From assembly GCA_965116925.1 (NCBI GenBank), contig OZ220744.1, forward strand, positions 6,336,001-6,400,000: a stretch of DNA of 64,000 nucleotides, given 5' to 3'. This DNA comes from Candidatus Poribacteria bacterium (lineage in GTDB: Bacteria > Poribacteria > WGA-4E > PCPOR2b). Positions within the stretch are counted from its first letter, which is position 1. Each line of letters opens with the position of its first letter. Both the position numbers and the translations under genes were made by a program. Below are positions 18,417-27,967 of this stretch, in pieces. Below the pieces are notes generated by a model, which searched no databases, was not told the DNA's origin, and was given only the letters and a program-made list of their open reading frames with translations.

Positions 18417-20101
18417 TCAGAAACCTGCTACCCCCGTCTCATACAGGGGATCTGCCCCCGCATGGAGTTTCCCGTCCTTGTTGATGCTTACTCCTGTGGG
18501 ACGCCCAAAACCGCCACTGGCTGCGGCGTTCATACTCACAACGCGGTGTCCCATATTCGCCAATGCGCGCTGTACATCTTCAGGGATCCGTGATTCGAGG
18601 AATGATTCCTCGTACAGGGCTTCCGCCCACACGCGAGGCGCCTCCATCGCGGTCTGAATATCCATATCGAAGTCGATGCAGTGGATGAGCGCGTGAACTA
18701 CGCCGCTCATGCTGCGTCGGGCACCCGGCGCGTCCACTGCCAAAAACGGCCTGCGGTCACGGAAGAAGATGGGGACATGTGCACCGCGCGGAGGACGCCG
18801 AGTCGATCCGAGGGAGAGCGGGCGGCCCGGCACTGGATCGAAATTGCACATGTGGTCATTCATGACGATTCCCGTGCCGGGTATCACGACATACGATCCA
18901 AACGCGTTGCCCAAGCTAGTGAGCATGTTAAATATATTCCCTGCACGATCAGCAACAGCGAGTGTTGTTGTATCGTGACCGCCAACCGATTTTGTGTTCC
19001 CTTGCACCGGCTTCGGGGATTCACCGTCTTGTAAGGCGTGGGCGACACCGGTTCTACATCATATCGCGCTTTGTCGAGCCGGATACGGTTGGCGACTTCA
19101 GCAGCGTAATCCTTACTCAGTAAGCCCTGTTCGCGCGGAAATGCGAAGTAATTCACCCATGCCCGCCGCATGGTTTCGAGGATCAGGTGGCGATAGGTCG
19201 GACTGTCGGGACCGAAGCGCGCAAGGTCAAAATTCTCCAAGATGTTCAGCGTCTGCGTGAGGAAATTGGAATCCCCTGGGGTATAACGCAGCCCACGATA
19301 TTCACCAAAGTGCTCCTCATGCAACTCGCGGGTATCAGACTCATAATTTGCCAAGTCGTCGTCAGTCAGGATGCCACCACCCCGTTCTATCTCAGCGATA
19401 ATTGCTTCAGCGATCCTGCCTTTGTAAAAAGCGTCTGCTCCGCCCTCTGCAATTGCGCGATAAGTGTCGGCAAGTTCAGAATACGTCAGTTTGTCGCCCG
19501 GTGCCCAGAAGGTTCCCGGTGCTGGTGGCAATCCATCTACCAAGTAGAGTTGACCTAAAAGCAGGAATTGATGGAAGTGCTTCATGACTCTTGCAATCGT
19601 TACGGTGGTTCGTGTATCCACCTCTATCCCGTTCTCCGCTAATTCGATGGCTGGGGCGAGGACATCTTTGATCTCCATTGTCCCGTAACGCTCCAATACA
19701 GCGCATAGTCCCGCTACAGTCCCCGGTATCGCTACAGACTTATGTCCGATGATATTGGCATCGTCGCGCACATTTTCCCAACCGTAGAAGCCACCCTGTC
19801 CCGGCAAGAGTTCAAACATATCCGGTGTCGCTGCTGCCGGTGGCACGGTGGTGTCATCGAAAATAGTCGTTTTGCTTTGATCAGCAGAGTGGACGCAAAT
19901 GATACCGTTGCCACCAACGCCACACATGCCCGGCTCCGCGAGTTGCGCGACGAATGCAGCGGCTACGCCTGCGTCTACTGCGTTGCCACCTTGCTGCATA
20001 ATCTTCACGCCGGTCTGGGCGACGAGGTCATGACCACCTGCGACCACGCCGTTCTCTGCAACGATTTCTTTCCTTGTAGACTCGATGCTGCTCTGTATCA
20101 T
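18417..20101 (-). pseudogene. ggt: Gamma-glutamyltransferase, split by a 1-nt frameshift near 19030
   Basis: The 5' ORF has GGNAVDA..EPGMCGVGG..IPGTVAG. The 3' ORF has the catalytic DTTTLAVAD, FGS..GTGIVMND and GADP. The two are in different frames. Confidence 0.8.
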
Positions 20102-20102
20102 C

Positions 20103-21341
20103 TCAGCCTCTTTCGAGCACAATGCCTTCCCGCTCGATCCGTGCGAACATCTCTTGATATGCCGGTGTGCCATCGTTGTCCCAATATTCTGTGGAGATCG
20201 GTGAGTCGTAGCTCATTGGGATGAGGCGGCTCCGATCCGGCCGCACCATGAAGATGGAGTTTTTCGGATCCGCGATGTTGTACATCTTCGTCCCGTTCTT
20301 GAACTGCGACTTAATAATCCACTTTTCCTTTTCTGGTAGTTTCAGGTTCTCCAGTCGTTCTAGCGCGTTTCGGTCGAGCGTGAGACCCAGTCCCGGCTTT
20401 TCTGGTACGCGCAGAAAGCCGTTGATTGGCTCCAGCCGTTCCTTCACAACATCGTCCTTCCAGGTTTCGGTGTCAGCGAAAAAGTGGAAGGTCGCTGTCG
20501 GAAACGCAGCCATCATGTGCGTCGTCATCGTCCGCGTGATAGTGCCGCCTACGTTTTGGAGCATAAACGGACTGTTGTCCGCTGCAAAGAGTCCAGCGCG
20601 ACGGATAGCGTCTCCGATCCTGGAATGCCCTAGCATATATGCATCGGCGGGTTTCATCAACACCTCGTAGGTCGCACCCATCGGGAAATGGTGGAGGACG
20701 ATGGGCAACCGTGATCGCTTACGCAGTTCGATATACCCCTCAATATCCTCTCCCGGCAGGGGATCTTCAAAACATCCGGCGATTGGGTATTGTTCTAGTT
20801 TGGCGAGTAGCTCCGGCATGTGGTCGTCTGTACCGTGCATGGTGAAGTCGTAATGGATCTTGAACCCCTCCGGCGCAACCGCTTGCATCGCCTCGGTTTG
20901 GTCCATGACGTTCTCAAAGGGTGAGAGATGGTATTTCAGCCATGTGTACCCTTGTGCGGCGTACTGCTCTACTGTTTCCGCCATGAGATGGGGATGTGTG
21001 GACACCGTCCAACTTCCCACCGGCACCCAAGAGCGGTATTTCTGCCCAAATAGTTTGTAGACGGGTACACCCGCGTACTGCCCCATCAGGTCGTACATCG
21101 CTGTTCCCAATCCGAGGGAGATCTCGTCCCCTATCCAGTCAAAGGGATTGGTTCCGATGTACCCGTCGATCACTTCCTCTGATTCTGCACTTCCGCTCTC
21201 TCCCAGCCCTATTAGTCCGTTGTTCGTGTGCACGACGTACACGGTGCGCGTGATGGGACCGTAGAAGTGGTTGAGTTGATATGCGATCCAGTCCACATAT
21301 TCGAGGGTAATTGGGTGGACTTCGATTTCAGTAACTTTCAT
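20103..21341 (-). CDS. Divergent enolase-superfamily protein with C-terminal extension
   Basis: GLGE, AMYDLMGQYAGVPVYKLFG, FEDP and VPEKPGLGL motifs. Confidence 0.82.
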   Translation of the reverse strand: MKVTEIEVHPITLEYVDWIAYQLNHFYGPITRTVYVVHTNNGLIGLGESGSAESEEVIDGYIGTNPFDWIGDEISLGLGTAMYDLMGQYAGVPVYKLFGQKYRSWVPVGSWTVSTHPHLMAETVEQYAAQGYTWLKYHLSPFENVMDQTEAMQAVAPEGFKIHYDFTMHGTDDHMPELLAKLEQYPIAGCFEDPLPGEDIEGYIELRKRSRLPIVLHHFPMGATYEVLMKPADAYMLGHSRIGDAIRRAGLFAADNSPFMLQNVGGTITRTMTTHMMAAFPTATFHFFADTETWKDDVVKERLEPINGFLRVPEKPGLGLTLDRNALERLENLKLPEKEKWIIKSQFKNGTKMYNIADPKNSIFMVRPDRSRLIPMSYDSPISTEYWDNDGTPAYQEMFARIEREGIVLERG

Positions 21342-22746
21342 GTTGGTCTCCGTCTGATGTTGCTCGCTTAAGTTCCGATTGAAGAATCTGCCGATTACCC
21401 TCCGAGGCTAACCGCTTGACTGCATCCCACTCCTCTAATCTGTGGTCTCCTATGGTAAGTGGGAAGACGCAGTTGTTGTGCAGCAGCGGATCTGCGTCCG
21501 GATCAAATCCGTAGATCTCACCCGCTCGTTCCCATTCGACGGTGCCGGGGATAGGTGTGAATTCTGCGGGTTTCACCTGAACCCCCTGAGCGTGTACAAA
21601 CTTGATACTTTCAATCACCTCTTCCAATGGTTGTCCGGGCAGTCCCATCAACAGATAGACGCCGATATCCTTTGCCGTGAATCCAGCGGCTTTCAATCGT
21701 TCGACTGCACGGGTGAAGCCGTTGTTGGTGACCTTAGGACCGGTCAACTTTTGCCGTGCCACATCGCTGGTTTCCAAACTAATTCGGACTGTTTTGAATC
21801 CGGCGGCGTACATTTTATGTGCAAGTTCCTTGTCAATCACTTGGGCGTGCATTGAATTAGGCGTGTGGAAGTAGAGCTTCAGTCGGCGTTCAAGGACTTG
21901 GTCTAGGATTTTGTGGATGTGTTTCCTCGCGTTGAGTAGCAGCGCGTCATCGTAGAATGCAAAGTTTTGTGCCCCAAATTCGTCGTAGCACCACTGGAGT
22001 TCATCAACAACCTGCTTGGGATCGCGTTGTCGGAAGCCGGGACTGACCGAACGCACGGCGCAGTAGGAGCAGGTCATCGGACAGCCGCGCGCTGTCAGAA
22101 CCGCTGCAAAATCGAGTTTACGGATAAGGTCATGGGCGGGAAAAGGGTAGTCGTTGATGTGGAGTGGGAGTTGGGAGTAGTCCGATTGGTTTCCTGTCAA
22201 CTGATCGACCAGTCTCAGGGCGGAGAGTTCCCCTTCGCCTTTGACCACGAAATCCGCTCCCGATTTTTCCACTGCATGTTTGTAACAGAGCGTCGCATAC
22301 GTCCCACCGAGCACCACGGGCACATCGGGATAGCGGTGCTTGACGCGGCGGATTACCTCATGGGGGCCCGGATACCAGTAGGTCATCTTTGATGTCACTA
22401 GTACCACATCCGGCTTTGGGCGTTTATCCAGTTCCGACTCAAAAATCTCCGGTGTGATGCCGTACCGGCAGAAATGGCGCGGTACATCTTTGACAACCTC
22501 CGGGCGTTCAACCGGTTCTCGGTGATATTTCCCGGTGCCGTAGGCGTTGCCCTTGGGGGCGGTCAGTCCTTGCAGCTTGAGGAGGTCGGGATTGTAGCGG
22601 TCGAGACAGTCGATAAAATCGAGTTGATACCCGTGCTGCCGGAAGATGCTACCGATAGAGAGCAAGCCGATCGGTTCCACCCAGAGATTGAAGGCTGCGA
22701 AATCGTAGATCCACGGGTTGATGAGCAGCAAACGACGTTTTGACAT
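21328..22746 (-). CDS. B12-binding domain radical SAM protein
   Basis: RGCPMTCSYC (CxxxCxxC), GGTYAT, GEGE, FYDD and LMGLPGQ motifs. Confidence 0.92.
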   Translation of the reverse strand: MSKRRLLLINPWIYDFAAFNLWVEPIGLLSIGSIFRQHGYQLDFIDCLDRYNPDLLKLQGLTAPKGNAYGTGKYHREPVERPEVVKDVPRHFCRYGITPEIFESELDKRPKPDVVLVTSKMTYWYPGPHEVIRRVKHRYPDVPVVLGGTYATLCYKHAVEKSGADFVVKGEGELSALRLVDQLTGNQSDYSQLPLHINDYPFPAHDLIRKLDFAAVLTARGCPMTCSYCAVRSVSPGFRQRDPKQVVDELQWCYDEFGAQNFAFYDDALLLNARKHIHKILDQVLERRLKLYFHTPNSMHAQVIDKELAHKMYAAGFKTVRISLETSDVARQKLTGPKVTNNGFTRAVERLKAAGFTAKDIGVYLLMGLPGQPLEEVIESIKFVHAQGVQVKPAEFTPIPGTVEWERAGEIYGFDPDADPLLHNNCVFPLTIGDHRLEEWDAVKRLASEGNRQILQSELKRATSDGDQHESY

Positions 22747-22766
22747 GACAGCGTTTCCTTTTGTTT

Positions 22767-23657
22767 TTAACTCGATGTTCCGTCTTGGTCGTTGATGAGT
22801 TCCATGAGTTTTTCGAGGGTTTCTGCATCCAAGTTGAGTCCCCGCAATCGTTCCTCAAGACTCAATCCGCGTAATCGTTCCTCAAGACTCAATCCGCGCA
22901 GTCGTGCTTCGGGGGACATCTGCTCTACCATATCGTTTTCGTTTAAAAAAGCAATCAGATCTGGTCCGAACACTTTCGCCATACGCTCAAGTTGTTTGTC
23001 GTATAGACTTTGCTTTCCAGCCATTGTTAAGACCTCCTTTGTCAGGTCAGGGTTTGTACGAGAGGCGTAGTCAATGTATGTTGCGTTTTCTTCTTCAATC
23101 AACCGAAGTATGAACCGCCGAAATTTCTCCTTTGAAGCTGAAAATATCAGCAGCGGATAATATTTCGGTTCAAGCGGAAGCTCGTTACACACAAGCAGGT
23201 GAACAGGTAGGAGATCTGTGCTGACATAATGTCCAACGCCGATTTCTTCCCATTTCACATCATTTTGGCTCTGGTGCAAGACCTTAATTGGTTTGCGAGC
23301 AGAGACAATAGTAACAGTCATTTCGGAGCTAGAGATTTTTCTTTCACCCAGATAAAGATGAGTGCGACCGAGAATCAGGTGATAGTCGAAGATTGTCAGC
23401 GGATCGCTTTTGCCTTTGAACTCGATTGAGTTATGAGCGCGAAAGAAATCGAAAGCGGTTCCGTGCCGGATCTTTTCCAAATTGCCAGTTTGCTCGGCAA
23501 CAACCAATACATCCATTGTGCGAGGAAGGCGGCTAACCTCAACCTGCGTCTGAATCGGGATGCCTAATTCTCCGAAGCTAAATGTCAATACTTCCTTGAG
23601 AATTGGATCAATTTCATGTCGTTCAATAATAGATCCGGTGTTGTCATCGGTGGACAT
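22767..23657 (-). CDS. PD-(D/E)XK/Rpn-like hypothetical protein with C-terminal (LSLEERLRG)n repeats
   Basis: E...D...IEFK nuclease-like motif; 27-bp tandem repeats at about 22846-22898; internal AAAGGAGGT + ATG at 23024. Confidence 0.7.
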   Translation of the reverse strand: MSTDDNTGSIIERHEIDPILKEVLTFSFGELGIPIQTQVEVSRLPRTMDVLVVAEQTGNLEKIRHGTAFDFFRAHNSIEFKGKSDPLTIFDYHLILGRTHLYLGERKISSSEMTVTIVSARKPIKVLHQSQNDVKWEEIGVGHYVSTDLLPVHLLVCNELPLEPKYYPLLIFSASKEKFRRFILRLIEEENATYIDYASRTNPDLTKEVLTMAGKQSLYDKQLERMAKVFGPDLIAFLNENDMVEQMSPEARLRGLSLEERLRGLSLEERLRGLNLDAETLEKLMELINDQDGTSS

Positions 23658-23716
23658 TATACTTTTTTGCCTTCACTCCCTGCTAGTGCGAAAGTAATGT
23701 TTTCGGCTTCAAATTT

Positions 23717-25771
23717 CTAAGCGGCCCCGACATCTTCTAGCGGCACGGTCATCTGCATCGCACCGAAGCGAACCACCGCTTTCTGGGTCTGTGGGTCCAC
23801 TTCACTGAGTATCCCAACGCTGTCTAGACTGTGCACGCGGACTTCATCGCCCGTTTTCAATTCGTGGATGAACCCCTGCCGTTCCTGTTCTTCTGGAAAT
23901 TCGCTGAGTTCATCAGCCATGTAGGTACTGATTTCAGATAGTGATTCGAGCAGCGATCGCCGGGACGCTTCCGACTGATACAAACGGTCAATCTGTCCTT
24001 TGATTTGGTGGATTAGGGCGTAGGTATCCCCACTGAGTTGTGCCTGCATCTCCTTTTCGTGTGTGGAGATTTCGTCCAATTTTTGACGATATTCGCTTTC
24101 TATACGCGCTGCCTTCGCACCCGCTTCTGTCGCGGCGCGCTTATTTTTCTCCATTACCACCTTGGCAGCCTGTAGCTGATTTATCAATTCGGCTGCCCCG
24201 TCATCTTGCCCCGCTGAACTTTTTTCTGCGTCTGCAATTACTTCGTCTGGCAGACCCAAGCGTTTGGCGATCGCTAGCGCATTGCTGCTGCCGGGGGTGC
24301 CGATCAATAGTTTGTAGGTTGGTCGCAAGGTCGTTACATCAAATTCCACAGACGCATTTTCGACCCTTGGCACAGTGTAGCCGAGATTTTTGAGCGGACT
24401 GATGTGCGTTGAGACAACTGTGCGTGCGTTGTGCGTGTGTAGATATTCGAGAATAGATTTGCCCAACGCTGCGCCCTCCGCTGGATCGGTGCCGCCGCCC
24501 AATTCATCAAGCAGCACCAAGCTGTTCTCATCGGCGGACGAAAGGATCTCTGCGATGTTACGGAGATGGCTGGAGAATGTGCTCAAGCTTTGCTCAATGC
24601 TCTGTTCGTCGCCGATGTCTGCTGATATGTGTGAGAATACAGCCAGTTCAGAACCTTCTCCTATTGAGATGTGCATTCCCGATTGCGCCATCAGCGTCAG
24701 TAGACCGACCGTTTTCAGCGTGATGGTCTTGCCGCCGGTGTTGGGACCCGTGATAATCAGGGTGTTAAAATCGTCGCCTAGACGGAAGTCGATGGGGACC
24801 ACCGCTTTGATATCCGAATCTTCCTCCCGCTGCAGGGTTAAGAGCAATGGGTGACGTCCCGCCTTGAGGTTGAGCCTTCCGTTTGCATTCAAGGTAGGCG
24901 GATTCATCTCATAATCGCGGCTGAAACGCACTTTTGCATACGTCAGATCCAGATGGGCGAGGATTTTCAGTGTCTCTCCCATCGGTTCGGTTACCGCTGC
25001 AATCTTGGCGGTGATTTCGCGGAGCAGCCGCACAATCTCTGCCCCTTCGGCGTCTATTGCAGCTTGTAACTCATCCCCCAGTTCGCGTACCACCTCCGGC
25101 TCGATAAATACGGTATTGCCACGGTCGGATCTGTCTCGCACTGCGCCGGGTACACGGGACGCGTCGCGCTCTTTCACGGCAATCACAGGGCGTCCCTTCC
25201 GCTCGCGTATAATCGGATCTTGTAAGTGTGGACTGATACTTTTTGAGCGGAGGGTTGATTGCAGCCTGCCCTGAATGCGTCCTTTCAGCGTCTGAATCGT
25301 TTTGCGGATTGATTTCAATTTAGGACTGGCACTGTTCTTGACTGCACCGTTTTCATTCAGCGTATTCTCAATCTTCGCCTCAATATCGGGATACAGCCGA
25401 ATTTTCTCTGCTAGTCGGCTGAGATGGGGATAGTCTCCCTTTGCATCTTCTAGGTATGCTTTGACAATCCTGAAGGCGCGGAGGGTATCCTTGATGCTCA
25501 TAATCTCCTCAATAATGAGGAGATCCGCTCCTTTGTCCAGCTTCTCTAGAATTGGAGAGAGATCGTGCAAGCCCCCCAATGGCAGATAGCGATCCGGCGA
25601 CAATAGCCTTTTCAACTCGGTCGTTTCTGCGATAAGTCGCTCAATCTGATGTAGGTCGGTCAGCGGTTGGATTTCCTGTGCTAGCCTTGCCCCCAGCCCT
25701 GACGCTGCATAGCCGACCAACAGCTCTTTGATTTTGTCATATTCCAGAACGTCGAGCGTGTGTTGGTTCAC
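23717..25771 (-). CDS. mutS2: MutS2-family protein lacking the C-terminal Smr domain
   Basis: LEYDKI, TVFIEP, GRHPLL, TGPNTGGKT, DIGDEQSIEQSLSTFSSH and DELGGGTDP motifs. Ends after a KOW-like segment. Confidence 0.9.
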   Translation of the reverse strand: MNQHTLDVLEYDKIKELLVGYAASGLGARLAQEIQPLTDLHQIERLIAETTELKRLLSPDRYLPLGGLHDLSPILEKLDKGADLLIIEEIMSIKDTLRAFRIVKAYLEDAKGDYPHLSRLAEKIRLYPDIEAKIENTLNENGAVKNSASPKLKSIRKTIQTLKGRIQGRLQSTLRSKSISPHLQDPIIRERKGRPVIAVKERDASRVPGAVRDRSDRGNTVFIEPEVVRELGDELQAAIDAEGAEIVRLLREITAKIAAVTEPMGETLKILAHLDLTYAKVRFSRDYEMNPPTLNANGRLNLKAGRHPLLLTLQREEDSDIKAVVPIDFRLGDDFNTLIITGPNTGGKTITLKTVGLLTLMAQSGMHISIGEGSELAVFSHISADIGDEQSIEQSLSTFSSHLRNIAEILSSADENSLVLLDELGGGTDPAEGAALGKSILEYLHTHNARTVVSTHISPLKNLGYTVPRVENASVEFDVTTLRPTYKLLIGTPGSSNALAIAKRLGLPDEVIADAEKSSAGQDDGAAELINQLQAAKVVMEKNKRAATEAGAKAARIESEYRQKLDEISTHEKEMQAQLSGDTYALIHQIKGQIDRLYQSEASRRSLLESLSEISTYMADELSEFPEEQERQGFIHELKTGDEVRVHSLDSVGILSEVDPQTQKAVVRFGAMQMTVPLEDVGAA

Positions 25772-25798
25772 GGTGATTCGTTCCCTTGAATCTCAGTG

Positions 25799-26887
25799 TT
25801 ATTTGTCTCCTAGAACCGCTTTCAATCCCTTTACAAATCGTTCATTTTCTTCAGGTGTGCCAATTGTCACACGGATGGAGTTGGGGAAGCCGTATCCAGC
25901 CACAGGACGCACGATCACACCTTTTTGCATCAGCGCGTCGGAGATTTCACTGCCGGAACGGTCAAAATGCACTAGAATGAAGTTCCCCTCGGATTCGACA
26001 TACGCCAATCCTATCTGATCCAACGCTTCATATAGATACGTTTTGCCGATGGCATTGACCTCTTGGCTACGACGTACATGCTCGGCATCTTTCAACGCAG
26101 CCCGCGCTGCCGCCTGCGCGACGAGGTTGCAGTTGAACGGTTGACGCACCCGATTCATTGTTTCGATAATATCGGGTTTGGCGAGTCCGTATCCGATTCG
26201 CATCCCCGCAAGCCCGTAGATCTTGGAGAACGTCCGCGTGATGATGACGTTACGTCCTTCGTGGATATAGGGCAGTGTCTGCGGATAGTCGGGTCGATCG
26301 ACATATTCGTAGTAGGCTTCGTCGAAGACAACGAGGACATTGTCCGGCACACGCGCCATCAATTTCTCGGTTTCCGTTTTCGTAACCATTGTCCCGGTCG
26401 GGTTGTTTGGGTTGGCGATGAAGATGACGCGGGTCTGATCGGTGATTGCATCTGCCATTGCCGCCAAGTCCTGCGTGTAACCGTCCATCGGCGTGATGAT
26501 TGACTTCGCACCGAACACCTTGGCGACCAGCATGTAGACGACAAAGGCACTCTCCGAATAGATCACCTCGTCGCCCGGCGATACGTAGGTCTCCCCGACT
26601 AGTTGTAGCACTTCGTTGGAGCCGTTTCCTAGGATCAGGTTTTCGGGGGGAACGCCGATGTGCGCTGCTAGATCCTGTTTTAGGTAGTAGGCGTTTCCGT
26701 CGGGGTAGAGGTGCACCTGTGTTGCTGCATCTTGAATTGCTTGCATTGCCAAGGGCGAAGGACCCAGCGGGTTTTCGTTCGATGCTAGCTTGATAATATC
26801 CGAGATGCCTAACTCGCGCTGGACCTCTTCAATCGGTTTGCCCCCTTGATAGGGTTGGATGGTTTCAATTCCGGGTTTCGGTTTCAT
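25799..26887 (-). CDS. hisC: Histidinol-phosphate aminotransferase
   Basis: KLASNENPLG, NPNNPTG, DEAYYEY and RTFSKIYGLAGMRIGY motifs. Confidence 0.95.
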   Translation of the reverse strand: MKPKPGIETIQPYQGGKPIEEVQRELGISDIIKLASNENPLGPSPLAMQAIQDAATQVHLYPDGNAYYLKQDLAAHIGVPPENLILGNGSNEVLQLVGETYVSPGDEVIYSESAFVVYMLVAKVFGAKSIITPMDGYTQDLAAMADAITDQTRVIFIANPNNPTGTMVTKTETEKLMARVPDNVLVVFDEAYYEYVDRPDYPQTLPYIHEGRNVIITRTFSKIYGLAGMRIGYGLAKPDIIETMNRVRQPFNCNLVAQAAARAALKDAEHVRRSQEVNAIGKTYLYEALDQIGLAYVESEGNFILVHFDRSGSEISDALMQKGVIVRPVAGYGFPNSIRVTIGTPEENERFVKGLKAVLGDK

Positions 26888-27003
26888 TGATTACCTCATG
26901 GTTCGGCTATCAGTTTTTTATGCCTAACAAGTTATTGTAGGGAACAGTGATTTTTACCGCAGAGACGCAGAGAGCGCAGAGGAAAAAATCTATATAATAG
27001 GAA

Positions 27004-27134
27004 CGCTCATGTTAAGATTTAGTCCAAAGAAACCGAATATTCGTAGGGGTTGGGCCCCCCAACCCTTACGGCGGGCGGGGGACCCCGCCCCTACGATTTC
27101 GATTCGTGTTTTGCACTTTCTTTTTACATGAGCC
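27004..27134. mobile_element. MITE family B copy with 8-bp target duplication AATAGGAA
   Basis: Ends CGCTCATGTTAAGA ... TCTTTTTACATGAGCC; AATAGGAA at 26996-27003 and 27135-27142; GTAG...CTAC hairpin doublet inside. Confidence 0.85.
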
Positions 27135-27137
27135 AAT

Positions 27138-27601
27138 AGGAATTACATAGTTGAACGGTGAAATCCAATCCCTTCCGCTACGCGGAATCTACACCTCCGT
27201 TTCAATGGCCCACCAGCACGATTCGGCAATTTGGCAGGGCCCTGGCAGGTCCAAAAAAAAATCAATCACGCATCGGGGTGCTATCATTAGCTGATGTCTC
27301 TCTGAACTCTGATGGGGCCTAGCTTCCGAGCGTTTGTAGATTTTTACCCCGTAAGAGAAGGTGCGTCCAAACGGCTTTTTGACCTGCCAAATACGCCCTA
27401 TTTATGAACCGTTTTTGACTGAAATGGCACCATAACCGTGCCAAATGTCAGGGATTTGGCAGGTCTCTGACAGGTCACAACTCTAAAGTGCGTAAGTCCT
27501 GAGTAATATAAAGTTGGAAGATTGGGGGTGGCTTCCTGCCATTCGTCCCGTGCTTGGTTCACTATATTATACCCTATTTTTTGACCGTATGCGTAAATCC
27601 T
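27138..27601. repeat. Non-coding element with repeated TTTGGCAGG(TC) motifs, bounded by AGGAATTACATA / TGCGTAAGTCCT-like inverted ends
   Basis: Motif copies at 27230, 27243, 27381 (inverted), 27438 (inverted), 27455, 27468 and 27535 (inverted). Right-end-like sequences end at 27500 and 27601. Confidence 0.5.
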
Positions 27602-27756
27602 GTTTTATCTTTATGGTGATCCAATTTCTTTAACAGAGGAAATAACAGATGAGAGATGCCCTATCCCATATAATTGTTCTCTCTTTCTGTGGTCGCCTTG
27701 CTTGACTAAAAAGTATCACGAACTTCAGGTTGTGTCAAGGGTAAACAGTGGAGCGT

Positions 27757-27869
27757 TAGGGTCATTTGATTCTCCCGTAGCCTCGATCTCCCGGTCGAGG
27801 CTACGGCGGGGCAAGATGCCCCGCCTACGAATTTGGGTCATTCCGAAAACGGAAAACCAAATAACTCTA
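27757..27869. mobile_element. MITE family C copy
   Basis: TAGGGTCATTT ... AAATAACTCTA ends. Shares GGCGGGGCAAGATGCCCCGCCTACG with 36634-36756. Confidence 0.72.
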
Positions 27870-27967
27870 GAGAGGCGTTTTGAGATTGACAGTATTGTTC
27901 TGCTTGGGGTAGAATGGAAATTGATTTCTACGTGGTGGGAGGACAGCTCGTTGATAGGAGGAGAGGG

